Source of the DNA: an uncultured delta proteobacterium
GTDB taxonomy: Bacteria > Myxococcota_A > Polyangia > Polyangiales > Polyangiaceae
DNA length: 64,000 nucleotides
Assembly: GCA_963806225.1 (NCBI GenBank)
Contig: CAWDXG010000004.1
Location: 384,001 to 448,000 of the forward strand
Direction: 5' to 3'
The position numbers and the translations under genes are program-made. Positions within the stretch are counted from its first letter, which is position 1. Every line of letters starts with the position of its first letter. The notes under the pieces were generated by a model. The model did no database searches. It had not been told where the DNA came from and saw only the letters and a program-made list of their open reading frames with translations. This document shows positions 11,713 to 21,293 of this stretch, in pieces.

Positions 11713-13038
11713 CTAGCTGCGCTTGACGACAACGCGGGGCGGATTGCGGAGCACCTCGACGACCTCCACCGGCTCCCCCGCATCGATGGTTTCCTCGGCG
11801 GTGGCCAGCCAGCGCGCGCCCTCGACGAACACGCTGCCGCCCGCCGGCTCGACGACGGTCTTGGCGACGCCGTGCTTGCCGACCATCGCTTCGCTGCCGG
11901 TGCCGGGCGGCTTTCGCTGCGCACGCGCCACTTTGGTAGCCAGAAGCAGGAACAACCCCGCCACCGCGATCACGAACGGGGCGAACACACGCCAGTCCAC
12001 CGACTGCACCGCGCCGAAGTAGCTGCTTTCGTCCACAAGCACCAGCGCTCCGAGCACGATGGACACCACTCCGCCGAGCGCCAGCAGCCCGTGCGAAGGC
12101 ACCTTGATCTCCAGCACGATGCCGATGATGCCGACGGCGATCAGCAGGAAGCCGCCGAGATCGAGCGGCAGCACGCTCATCGCCAAGAGGCCGGTCAAGA
12201 GCGAGACGGTGCCCACGATGCCGCCCATGCCGATGCCGGGCGCGGCGATCTCGTACAGGATGCCCATCACGCCCAGCGTCAGCAGCATCGACGCGATAGT
12301 CGGATCGGCGATCACATCGAGGAAGCGCTGCGCCCACGACAGCGGCATCTCGATGCCGACCGCGCCGTGGGTGTGCAGGGTCACGGTGCGGGTGCGCAGC
12401 TTGATGCTGCGCCCGTCGAGCTGCTTCATGAGCGACGCGGTGTCCGGTGCGAGGATCTCGATGGCGCCGTCGTCCTTGGCTTCCGAGGCGGTGTAGCTGG
12501 CCGAGTCGCGCACGATGGAGACGGCGAAGCTCTCGGGGCGGCCGCGGCGCTTGGCGAGCGATTTGGCCATCGCCACCAGGGTGTTGGTGGCTTTCTCGTC
12601 GAGCGTCTTGCCCAGCGACTTGCCGCCGCCGGCCACAGGGTGCGCGGCGCCCACGCGCGTGCCCGGCGCCATGGCCGCCACGTCCGTCGAGAGCAGGATG
12701 TAGGCGCCGGCGCTGGTGGCCTGGGCATTGCGCGGCTCGACGTAGCCGACGATCGGGATGTCGGAGTTCACGAACTCGGTCGTGATCTTCTCCATGCTGG
12801 AGACGAGCCCGCCGGGCGTGTTGATCGTGACCAGCAGGAACGCGGCGTGTTGCTTGTGCGCGAGCTTCAGCGCGTTGTCGACGTAGCGCGCCTTGATGGG
12901 ATTGATGACGCCCTGGATCGTGATGTGGACGTAGCGCTGGGCCGCCGACGCCGCCGAGGCGGACAGCACGACGGCGAGCGCGAGCAGCAGCCCGAGCACG
13001 AGCTGGGCTCCCGGGCGCTGCCTGGTCTGCCTCCGCAC
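11713..13038 (-). CDS. nfeD: NfeD family membrane-bound ClpP-class serine protease
   Basis: INTPGG, ATSAGAYI, AAMAPGTRVGAAHPV, TM region and C-terminal OB-like domain; directly upstream of the SPFH gene. Confidence 0.9.
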   Translation of the reverse strand: MRRQTRQRPGAQLVLGLLLALAVVLSASAASAAQRYVHITIQGVINPIKARYVDNALKLAHKQHAAFLLVTINTPGGLVSSMEKITTEFVNSDIPIVGYVEPRNAQATSAGAYILLSTDVAAMAPGTRVGAAHPVAGGGKSLGKTLDEKATNTLVAMAKSLAKRRGRPESFAVSIVRDSASYTASEAKDDGAIEILAPDTASLMKQLDGRSIKLRTRTVTLHTHGAVGIEMPLSWAQRFLDVIADPTIASMLLTLGVMGILYEIAAPGIGMGGIVGTVSLLTGLLAMSVLPLDLGGFLLIAVGIIGIVLEIKVPSHGLLALGGVVSIVLGALVLVDESSYFGAVQSVDWRVFAPFVIAVAGLFLLLATKVARAQRKPPGTGSEAMVGKHGVAKTVVEPAGGSVFVEGARWLATAEETIDAGEPVEVVEVLRNPPRVVVKRS

Positions 13039-13187
13039 CCCCGCAAGGGAAGGCCGCGCCGGGCCCCCGTCAAGTGAGCGCCATCAGGCGCAGGAAAAGC
13101 CGGGGCGGGCGCCGGTCCTCGCAGCACTGGCTCAGTGAGCGCGATTCGCCGGAGAAGTCCGTTCTGATGCTTGTCTTGTGGGCCGGC

Positions 13188-14723
13188 CTAGCGTTCCCGG
13201 TCGGGGCTGGGTTTCCTGGCCCTCAGAAGAGCGATGCCACGCGCGAAGAGCGACGACTGATCGGCGCTGACAAGGTCATCGAGCTCGAGATCCGCGAGCG
13301 GGCGGGACGGGTCGAACGCGAGCTGCTCCAGCGTCAACAAGGCGCCGGACGCCGCCGCGTCGCCCGCGGGCGTCCGGTGCAGCGACAACGGCCCGCTGGT
13401 CCGGGCCCGCTGGTCCAGCCGCTCGACCAGGTGCTCGATAGGCTCGAGCGACGCGATGTCGTCGGTGCCGGCGTGCTCGGCGAGCAAATCGGCGCGGGCG
13501 CGGCGTATGTTGCGCGACAGCGACGAGTCGGCTCCGGGCGCTTGCCAGACGAGGGCCAACTCGCTGTCGAGGCCCATGCTGCGGTTCGTGAGATTGGCCG
13601 AGCCGACCAGGAGCAGCTCGTCGTCCACCACGAGGAGCTTCGAGTGGATGTAGGTCGGCACCTGTACGCCGGCGTCGTCCAGGTGAGCCGTTTCGTAGAC
13701 GCGAAAGACGTGGCCATGCGCAGCGGCAGCGGACTCGAGCGAGCCCAGCACCCGAACCTGCGCTTCGCCGAGTGCGATTTCCTCCTTGGCCGAGGACGGG
13801 CGTCGCGGCATGACGAGGACCACCGAGAGTCGCGGGCGCCGCCAATCGCGGAACCGCGCTACCAATGCGTCGTGGACCGCTTCGGACGTGAAGTACTGGT
13901 TCTCGATGTAGATCAGCCTGTTCGCGGCAGCGATCGCGTCCTCGTAGAGACGCTGGATCTCGGTGATGCCCGCCACTTCACTGCCGTCGCGTGCAACGTA
14001 GTGCCCGCGCGTGCGGCTGATAGCGACGCGGTCGGCACCGAGGGGCAACGTGACGGGCAGCGTGCGGGTGGACGCCGCGACGGCAGCTGGCAGTTCGAGC
14101 ACCCGCCCCGTCGCATGCCGCCAGCGTTCGCGGAAGAGGTCGTCGAGCAACTGCACGACCGGTCCGGTACAGTACGCCTGGACGTCGTGGTACGGCCCCG
14201 ACTGGCCGTCATCACGCTCCGGATCGCGCGCGGCGTGCGAGCGGCGATCCCAGCGCGACGCGCAAACGTCGATTCCGCCCACGTAGGCGGCGCGACCGTC
14301 GAAAATGGCCAGCTTCTGGTGGTGGCTGGCGCCGACCGGGTGCGCACCATCGAACTCGAAGTGGATTTGCGCCTCCGTCGACCAGTCGAACAGCCACTTC
14401 TGCATCCACTCGCGCTCGAGTGCGTACACGAGGCTGAAGTCCCAGGCCAGGATGTGGACGGTGAGCGCTGGTCGCCGGCGACACAGCTCGCGCAAAAGGG
14501 GCAGGAACTCGACCGGGAGCCGGGCGTTCTCCGCGTCCTGCCCGCGCAAGAGCCGGACGTCGCTGTCGAACTGCCAGCCCGCCAACAGGATGTAGCGTTC
14601 GGCCTGCTCGGCGGCGCGATACAGCGCGCGGTAGTAGTCACGCGCGTCGACCAGCAGCCCGCCGGCTTCCATACCCGCCTGCCGCCACACGTTGCGGCCT
14701 TCTTCGAGGATCGATTCCATCAT
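13188..14723 (-). CDS. Phospholipase D family protein (two HKD motifs)
   Basis: SHHQKLAIFD...GGID and YIHSKLLVVD...GSAN; YIENQYF; ATGA coupling with the EEP gene. Confidence 0.9.
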   Translation of the reverse strand: MMESILEEGRNVWRQAGMEAGGLLVDARDYYRALYRAAEQAERYILLAGWQFDSDVRLLRGQDAENARLPVEFLPLLRELCRRRPALTVHILAWDFSLVYALEREWMQKWLFDWSTEAQIHFEFDGAHPVGASHHQKLAIFDGRAAYVGGIDVCASRWDRRSHAARDPERDDGQSGPYHDVQAYCTGPVVQLLDDLFRERWRHATGRVLELPAAVAASTRTLPVTLPLGADRVAISRTRGHYVARDGSEVAGITEIQRLYEDAIAAANRLIYIENQYFTSEAVHDALVARFRDWRRPRLSVVLVMPRRPSSAKEEIALGEAQVRVLGSLESAAAAHGHVFRVYETAHLDDAGVQVPTYIHSKLLVVDDELLLVGSANLTNRSMGLDSELALVWQAPGADSSLSRNIRRARADLLAEHAGTDDIASLEPIEHLVERLDQRARTSGPLSLHRTPAGDAAASGALLTLEQLAFDPSRPLADLELDDLVSADQSSLFARGIALLRARKPSPDRER

Positions 14724-15544
14724 TCCCTGTCCGCCCCGGCCGCGCCTGGATGGTCTGGAGAAACGGCAAGCCACTCGAGCTCCGCCACCACCGGCAGATG
14801 GTCGGATGCTCCGTTCGTCGGCCTACCGCGCGGCACCTCCGTGCTCCGCACCCGCACTCCCTCGCTGCAGAAGATGTGGTCGAGGCGTACCAGCGGCCAT
14901 CGTGACGGCCAGGTGCGCCGTGGCCTGCGAGCACGACGCTGCACATCGTGGAGCGACGCGGCGAGGCGGCGGTAGGCGCGCGAACCCGGGATCGAGTTCA
15001 GATCGCCGAGCAGCACCCGGGGTTCGCGGCACTGGCCGTGCGAGAGCCATCTGGAACCGAGCAGCTCCTGCACCTGCGCGAGGCGTTCACGGCGATCGAG
15101 GCCGAGATGCGTGGCCACCAGCTGATAGTGGCACTCCCCGACGCTCACGTCCGCCCAGCTCGCAACGCGAGGCTCGCGCTCCGGCGTGCCGCCGCCGGGC
15201 AGCTGGCTTTCGCGGCGCAACGAAAGCGGCAGCCGCGAAAGCAGCGCGTTCCCGAAATGGCCGCCATCCTGCCGGCGTGCCTGGCTGAACCGGCACGTCA
15301 TGCCCAGGCGCTCCGCGATGATCTGCGGTTGGTCGACGCGTCCGGTCCGGTCGACACCGACCTCCAGCTCCTGGAGCGCAACGACATCAACGTCCAGACC
15401 GCCGATGACCTCGGCCACGCGTTCGACGGATAGACGCCGGTCGGTTCCGACGCAGCTGTGGACATTCCACGTCATCACGCGCAGGCGCGAAGCGGTCGCC
15501 GACCGGCTCGGTTCATCGCGTCGCGTGTGCTCGCCTCGAGGCAT
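14720..15544 (-). CDS. Endonuclease/exonuclease/phosphatase (EEP, YbhP-like) protein
   Basis: MTWNVH, VALQE, GNALLSR, THLGL, LLGDLN, RLDHIF, ASDHLPV; AGGAG before ATG at 15544. Confidence 0.85.
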   Translation of the reverse strand: MPRGEHTRRDEPSRSATASRLRVMTWNVHSCVGTDRRLSVERVAEVIGGLDVDVVALQELEVGVDRTGRVDQPQIIAERLGMTCRFSQARRQDGGHFGNALLSRLPLSLRRESQLPGGGTPEREPRVASWADVSVGECHYQLVATHLGLDRRERLAQVQELLGSRWLSHGQCREPRVLLGDLNSIPGSRAYRRLAASLHDVQRRARRPRRTWPSRWPLVRLDHIFCSEGVRVRSTEVPRGRPTNGASDHLPVVAELEWLAVSPDHPGAAGADRE

Positions 15545-15907
15545 CAGGCTCCTCGTCACCCTTTGGGCTTGCCCGGTGGCCGGCGCAACCCTACGCGTAC
15601 CAGGCGGAGCCCCGACCATCACAGCCACCTGGGGCGCGATGTAGGAGACGGTCAAGGTCGCGTCGACCTCCCACGGAACCACGTTCGTATTCTCGACGAG
15701 GGTTCGATAGCGTTCCTTGCTCGCCTCGAGTTCCCGCGAAGCGCGGACCTGCGCGTCGAGGTGGGATCGCAGCTCTTCGGCGAGCATGTTGATGGCCCCG
15801 ACCACGCCGTCGAGCACCGTGTCGTCGCCGCGGCATTCCAGCGGATGATCGAAGTCGAGTGCTGCGGTCCGGTAGAGCCCCTCGGCGATCTCCTCGAGGC
15901 GTCCCAT
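15545..15907 (-). pseudogene. Truncated sensor fragment (HAMP-like helix plus start of PAS), in frame with the EEP gene
   Basis: LDGVVGAINMLAEEL...LEASKERYRTLVENTNVVPWEVD...SYIAPQV, then abrupt loss of PAS similarity. Confidence 0.55.
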
Positions 15908-15973
15908 CGGCTCGGCCGGAGGGAGGCTCGACGCGGGGAGGTCGGCGTAACGCCGAGGTCGGACGGTGGAGCG

Positions 15974-16357
15974 TCACGGCAGGTATTGCCGGAGCCACTC
16001 GAGTGCCGCCGGCTCCGACGTGAAGAGGCGCGTGGGAACGACGGACGCGTTGAGGCCCAGGAAGAAGTTGCCCATGGCCTTCGCCATCGGAGACCGGACG
16101 ACGAGCGCCACCGCACTCTCGACGACGGCCGTGTCCGGTCCGGCGAAGTAGTTCCTCGCGTCGCGGGAGATCGACTTGAGGCCCGCGAGGTCGACGCAGG
16201 CCGGGCGACGGATCCCGTCGGAAGCGGCGATGAGCTTGCGGATCATCTCCTGGGCGTCGGCGAGTTGCAGCACCGCTCCGGGTTTCATGCTGGAGCGGAG
16301 AATCCCATCGTCGCCCAGCCAGAAGAGCTGGGTGTTGGTCTCGATCCGTATCTGCAC
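15974..16357 (-). CDS. STAS/SEC14 (SpoIIAA-like) small protein
   Basis: DDGIL...CVDLAGLKSISRDARNYF...AVALVVRSPMAKAMGNFF...PTRLFTSEPAALEWL. Confidence 0.75.
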   Translation of the reverse strand: MQIRIETNTQLFWLGDDGILRSSMKPGAVLQLADAQEMIRKLIAASDGIRRPACVDLAGLKSISRDARNYFAGPDTAVVESAVALVVRSPMAKAMGNFFLGLNASVVPTRLFTSEPAALEWLRQYLP

Positions 16358-16395
16358 TTGGAGCTCGTCCTCGGCGGGGAGCCGACCTGGCGTCG

Positions 16396-16704
16396 TCACG
16401 ACGGGTCCAATCGGGTCACACCTTCGCGGCACTCTCCGACACGGGGTGCGACGAGGCCGAGGAGTTCCACGGTGTCGCACGGCTGCAGCGTTCGCACGTG
16501 GCCGAGCAGGGCTAGCCCGTCCGTAGCGGGCATCCGCATGTCCGTCACGACGACGTCGAAGGCCTGCTGTTCCAGCAGCTCGAGCGCCGCCTGCCCACTG
16601 GGCGCGGTTCCGACCTCCCACTCCCGAAGCGCACGAAACCGGCGCGTCAGCGCCCCGAGCACCGAAGGGTCGTCGTCCACGAAGAGGATCCTGGCTTTGG
16701 TCAT
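16396..16704 (-). pseudogene. Truncated response-regulator receiver domain
   Basis: ILFVDDD...FDVVVTDMRMPATDGLALL, then diverges; the conserved Thr/Ser and Lys half is missing. Confidence 0.7.
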
Positions 16705-16989
16705 TGGGGCACGCGGTCCCGCGCTTCATGCGGTTCCGGGTCCGATGAACCTTCCGCTCGGGGTGTAGTACGGCCGGCGGCGCCCGTGGTTGAGGTCGCG
16801 AGCGACCCGATGTCCCGTACCCCGACTTCCTCGCCCCTTTGTGCGCCCGGAGTCCCGCTGCCAGTCCAAGTTGGTCACGATCTCCAGCTTGGCAACCTCG
16901 GCATCAGCCAGCTCGTCGGCGACGATCTGGCGCGGGCTGACGCTGAAGCGACCCCACCGAAGCCGGTAGGTGACCGGGGTGCCGCCGCC

Positions 16990-17119
16990 CGAGGGAGATG
17001 GAGCCGACTTTGCTGGTCGCCAGTGAAGAGGACCAGAACGTAGTGTTTGGCGATCCCGGAAACGCCGTCGTGTCGATGGTCGGCGCAGGCGCGGTCACGC
17101 TGAAATCGATCAGTGTCAC
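16990..17119 (-). pseudogene. Fragment resembling a DUF1566 (Lcl C-terminal) domain
   Basis: TLIDFSVTAPAPTIDTTAFPGSPNTTFWSSS matches the pattern L-x-D...P-x-ID...FP...WSSS. Confidence 0.45.
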
Positions 17120-17123
17120 CTAG

Positions 17124-19553
17124 CTACGGCGCCTGGCTGATCGTCTTGGCGTCGCTGCTGAGCACGGTCACCGTCACTGGGGTGACGTCCAGCGTTGTGG
17201 CGACGGGGGTGACCGTCGTCGTGGTCACAGGCAGGTTGGCGGCACTGAAGCTGCCGGACGGATTGGACTGGCTGACGCCGCTGCCGCTGGCGAACGCGAC
17301 GTTGCCGTTCTGGGTGATGTGCATCAGCCAGCCGTCGTCGCCACTCGTGAAGCTGGTGCTCATGCCCACGGCGAGCAGCGAGCCGTCGGGCAGGGCGACG
17401 AAGGGATCACCGACACCGCGGAACTCCAACGTGCCGCCGATTTCTTCGCTACCCGCGCCGCCGTATTCGTGACTCCAGGTGGGCGAGCCGTCGGAAGCGA
17501 ACGCCTGGATCCAGGCGTTGCCGTTCGTGGCGCCCGCCATGGCAAACCCGCCTCCGGAAAGCGGCGCCACGCCGTTGATCTCCGCGTCCTGGGCGCTCAC
17601 CGGAATGTCCGTCGCCCAGGTGACATTGCCGCTGTCGTCCAGACGCACCGCGAGCCCGTCGAGCACGCTTTCGCCGCCGAGGAAGAAGCCGCCGGAGGGC
17701 GCGGCGAGCGCGCTCTCGGCGGACTCGCCTCCCGTACCGTAGCTCTTCTGCCAGAGGACCTTGCCGTCCGCGCCGATCCTCAGAGCCCACAGCGATCCAG
17801 AAGCAGGAAACGATTCGGTGCTTCCCACCGCCAGACAACCGCCGTCGCCCGTGTCCGCCAGGGAGTGCAGAGCGTCATACGCGCTTCCGCCGTAGGCATA
17901 CGACCACACCGGGTTCGCCTGCGCGTCGACGTGGGCAACCCAGAAGTCCTGGGATGCAAGGTATCCGAATGCCCCGCCGAGCAGAGCACCACCGTCGGGC
18001 AGAGGCACGATGTCGTCGATCCGGAGGTCGTCCCCCGAGCTGTGGGAGAGTTCCTTTGCCGAGAGCACTGCACCGTTCTCGTCGACCTTCATGAGGACGT
18101 TGGAGCCGGGATCGATGGCGATGTTCGTCGCGACGAAAAAGCCGCCCCCTGCGACGGGGCGGATGACACGCACGTCCTGGAGGTCGTCGAAAGCGCGCTG
18201 CCACATCAGCTCGCCGATGGAATCGGTGGCGATCAGCCAGGCATCGGCAGGACTCGACGTGAACGAGAGCGTCGTGCCACCGGCGAGGATTCCGCCCCCG
18301 GGCATTGGCGTCAGAGTGTCCAGGTCGTCCGATGAGTCACCCGAGTAGGCGCGCGCCCAGCTGGTGATCTGCGCGGCCGACGAACCGCCGGGGGCCGAGG
18401 CCAGGAGCTTCTCGGTGTGACCGAGCGGGGCATCGTAGTTCAGCAGACCCAGGAGGTGGACGCTCGCGCTCGCCTCGGCACCACCGTACAGAGACCACCA
18501 GGGGTTCTTCAAGGGCTCGACGTCCGCGCGCGCGTACGCATCCACGTCGACGGAGGCAGAATCGAAGCCGTCGACCAGAATCGCAAGCCGCGCTCCAGCC
18601 ATGGCCTTGGCCTTGGCGTTCGCGCCCGGGGCGAAGTGCGGCGGATCGAACGTGCCGCTGGCGCTGCTGTTGTTGAAGGGGCCGAAGGAGCCGTTCTGGT
18701 AGCCGACGCCGACGTTGAGCGTGGCCTGCTCGGCGACCGACGTGGTGAGCGTGGCCGAGCTCTTGCCGTCGATACCGGCGTAGAAGGTCAGGACCGGCGT
18801 GAGGATCACGGGCATCGGGCCGATATTGAATTGCAGCGAGGGGAACGAAATCGTGTCGAGATCGATGCGTTTCGTGAAGTTGGCAGCCTCTTTCGCCGTC
18901 ACCGACAAGTTCGCCGCTTCCTCACCGCTGATCTCGAGGGCGACCTTCGAAAAGCCGGAGTCGATCTGGATGGGGAACTTGGTGAGGGGATCGATGGAGA
19001 TACTGCCCGACACCAGCACCTGATCGTTCGTCGTGGAGGAGTCGCCGTCCCCGTCGTAGATCGCCTTGTTGTCGAAGCCGTAGGTGAGCCCGCTGTTGCC
19101 GCTGCCGCCGCTGCCTCCGCTGCCGACGCCCGCGGTGTGCAGCGCGGCGCTCGTGGTCCCATCGGCATTGAGATGGAAGCTCGGATTGATCGAGCCCTTG
19201 ATGACGGCGTCGGTGAGCGACGCGGTCGATGTGGTGACCGTGATGGGGCCGCTGCCGGACACCGACTCGACCCTGCGCAGCATCCCGCGCGGCAAGAGCT
19301 TCCCCACGATGCCGGCGGCGATCAGGTTGCCGGCATGCAACGCCGACAGCTGTTTGGTGGTGGACTTGAAGACCAGTGTCGACTGGTCCGCAGACACCGA
19401 GCTCAGTTGGTCCAGCGTCGCACTGTCGAGCACCCGTAGCTCAGGCGAGAGCACCACATCGGAGTGCTTCGACTTGCTCGACCCCGAGCAGGCAGTCGCC
19501 AGTGAAGCCAACAAAATAATGGACAACACTCCTCGAAGAAAACTGCGGGCCAT
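17124..19553 (-). CDS. Large lipoprotein with C-terminal beta-propeller repeats
   Basis: Lipobox ATAC; repeats of W-x2-xYGG-x3-D...DGG...G...W-x5-D-x2-G in the C-terminal half. Confidence 0.8.
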   Translation of the reverse strand: MARSFLRGVLSIILLASLATACSGSSKSKHSDVVLSPELRVLDSATLDQLSSVSADQSTLVFKSTTKQLSALHAGNLIAAGIVGKLLPRGMLRRVESVSGSGPITVTTSTASLTDAVIKGSINPSFHLNADGTTSAALHTAGVGSGGSGGSGNSGLTYGFDNKAIYDGDGDSSTTNDQVLVSGSISIDPLTKFPIQIDSGFSKVALEISGEEAANLSVTAKEAANFTKRIDLDTISFPSLQFNIGPMPVILTPVLTFYAGIDGKSSATLTTSVAEQATLNVGVGYQNGSFGPFNNSSASGTFDPPHFAPGANAKAKAMAGARLAILVDGFDSASVDVDAYARADVEPLKNPWWSLYGGAEASASVHLLGLLNYDAPLGHTEKLLASAPGGSSAAQITSWARAYSGDSSDDLDTLTPMPGGGILAGGTTLSFTSSPADAWLIATDSIGELMWQRAFDDLQDVRVIRPVAGGGFFVATNIAIDPGSNVLMKVDENGAVLSAKELSHSSGDDLRIDDIVPLPDGGALLGGAFGYLASQDFWVAHVDAQANPVWSYAYGGSAYDALHSLADTGDGGCLAVGSTESFPASGSLWALRIGADGKVLWQKSYGTGGESAESALAAPSGGFFLGGESVLDGLAVRLDDSGNVTWATDIPVSAQDAEINGVAPLSGGGFAMAGATNGNAWIQAFASDGSPTWSHEYGGAGSEEIGGTLEFRGVGDPFVALPDGSLLAVGMSTSFTSGDDGWLMHITQNGNVAFASGSGVSQSNPSGSFSAANLPVTTTTVTPVATTLDVTPVTVTVLSSDAKTISQAP

Positions 19554-19651
19554 CTCCACTAGGTAGGCCCGCCGGTGACATCGCGCAAGCCATGACGGCT
19601 GGTGGAAGAGGGTTCCACGCGGATCGCCTGCAGAACGGGCGCACCGGCCTT

Positions 19652-20180
19652 GCATCGCCGCCCGCCATCCCGGAGCTGCCCGTCGGCAACTACGCGTGCG
19701 GCTCCCAGCTCGATACGCTGTACTAGAGCGGCGGCAAGACCCGGATCGTCGCGAGCGGCGGGGATGGCGGCACGCTCGTGCTCTCGCAGACCGGCGCACA
19801 CGTGACCGCGAAGTACAGCGGCGACAAGTACGTCGCCGGAACGATGGAGCTCGGCGTCACCAGCGGCAGCGCCGGTGCGGGCGGCAGCGCCGGTGCGGGC
19901 GGAACGTGCACGTAGGGCTCCGGCTGCTGCACGCCGAAGACCTGCGCGAACTATCCGAACCAGTGCGGCGGGTTCGTCGATGGCTGCGGCGGCAGCGTCA
20001 ACTGCACGTGCCCCAGCGGAAAGGCGTGCATCAACTCCGCCTGCATGTGCCAGCTCGCGGGCGAGACCTGCGGAGGCAGCGGACAGGGCCCCTGCTGCTC
20101 GGGGCAGCAGGGCGTCAACTGTTCCGGCGCCAAGTTCTGCCTGCCCGACTCGAACTCCTGCCCGCAGCGCGCTTCGGCCG
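19652..20180 (+). pseudogene. Disrupted Cys-rich secreted-protein gene with two in-frame TAG codons
   Basis: One frame with coding bias: ...CGSQLDTLY*SGGK...GGTCT*GSGCCTPKTC...DGCGGSVNCTC...CQLAGETC...CC; TAG at 19724 and 19913. Confidence 0.6.
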
Positions 20181-20182
20181 CG

Positions 20183-20566
20183 TCAACCGTTCGCACTCAT
20201 CGACACGTAGTACCCATCCGGGTCCCGCAGCGAGAACTCCATCGTCGTCGTGGCGGGGTTCAGGTGGGGTTCTTCTTCCAAGCGGGGAACGAGAGCGCGC
20301 GCTCGCTCGAGGGCGGCGTCGAAGTCGTCGACGCGGAAGAACAGCAGCAGGCCGTTGCCGGGCTCGGCGCGATCGGGGCTCGTCAGCGAGGGATGATCGT
20401 GCTCGCCCCACTCGTGGAGGCACAGAAGGACGGTGCCGTCCGCGTCGACGATCTGGCCGAAGTAGTCGTGCGCTGGCGCGGACTCCGGCAGGCCCAGCAG
20501 CGACTGGTACCACTTGAAGCTCGCGGCCACGTCCTCCACTCCGATGATCGTCCACGTGCGCCTCAC
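20183..20566 (-). CDS. VOC/glyoxalase family protein
   Basis: IIGVEDVAASFKWYQSLLG...LFFRVDDFD...EFSLRDPDGY; AAGGAGG RBS before GTG. Confidence 0.88.
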   Translation of the reverse strand: MRRTWTIIGVEDVAASFKWYQSLLGLPESAPAHDYFGQIVDADGTVLLCLHEWGEHDHPSLTSPDRAEPGNGLLLFFRVDDFDAALERARALVPRLEEEPHLNPATTTMEFSLRDPDGYYVSMSANG

Positions 20567-20779
20567 GCTTCCTCCTTCTGCCGGCGCGCGCTGCCGCGCC
20601 GCGAGCAGATAGCATACACTCGCGGCGGCGCATTGCGACGCGACTACCGCACGTCGTCCGTCCCCGGAAACAATGCCATCAGCCCTCCGCATGTCCGGAA
20701 GACGCATCGCGATTGCGCTGGCTGCTGCCGCAGCGCTGTGCGGTTGCCGGTCGCCCGCGGGCGCGAGCCGCAGCACGCG

Positions 20780-20902
20780 TCACGGATCCGTCGTCGGCGG
20801 GTCCGACTCGCGCCACAGGTGCGGGCCAAGGTCGTGCGTGGCTTCCTCGGCGCAGACGCCTTCGATCACGTCGATGCCCGCTTCGCGGAGGAGCTCCAAC
20901 AT
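20780..20902 (-). pseudogene. Short fragment resembling the end of a RibD-type deaminase domain
   Basis: LELLREAGIDVIEGVCAEEA. Confidence 0.3.
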
Positions 20903-21293
20903 AGCCCGCGAACAACCCGGGCGACTGCGCGGAAGTAGCGACCATGTCGTCTGATTCCCGAAGGTTCGGCGCTGCTGCGCAGGCTGCAGGGACTGCTCGA
21001 TGACCGCCGAGCCGTGCTCGGTTACGCTTCCGGACGAGCGTCGGAATCCCTGGCCTTCGCCCATCATCGATCGTTCCGGACTCGACATGCCGGTGATGGT
21101 GCTCGACGATCCGGCGCTGCCGACGGGCGAGGCGCTTGTGGCGCGCATCGTGGCACGCTCGGTCGACGGAGCCATCTCCGGCACCGCCACCACTTCCGTC
21201 ACGTTGTGCTGATCCCTCGTGGCCCGGTTCACTACGGCTGGAACACGCTCCGCCGTTTGCCCGGGCCGGGCGGCGGTGTCAGGCTCCGCCGCC

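Noticed and set aside
10900..15544. NfeD-SPFH and EEP-PLD pairs as novel systems
   Set aside because: Both are well-known conserved gene pairs.
19724..19915. Genome-wide amber recoding
   Set aside because: TAG clearly terminates many intact genes in the window (e.g. at 698, 2748, 22547, 31768, 60671).
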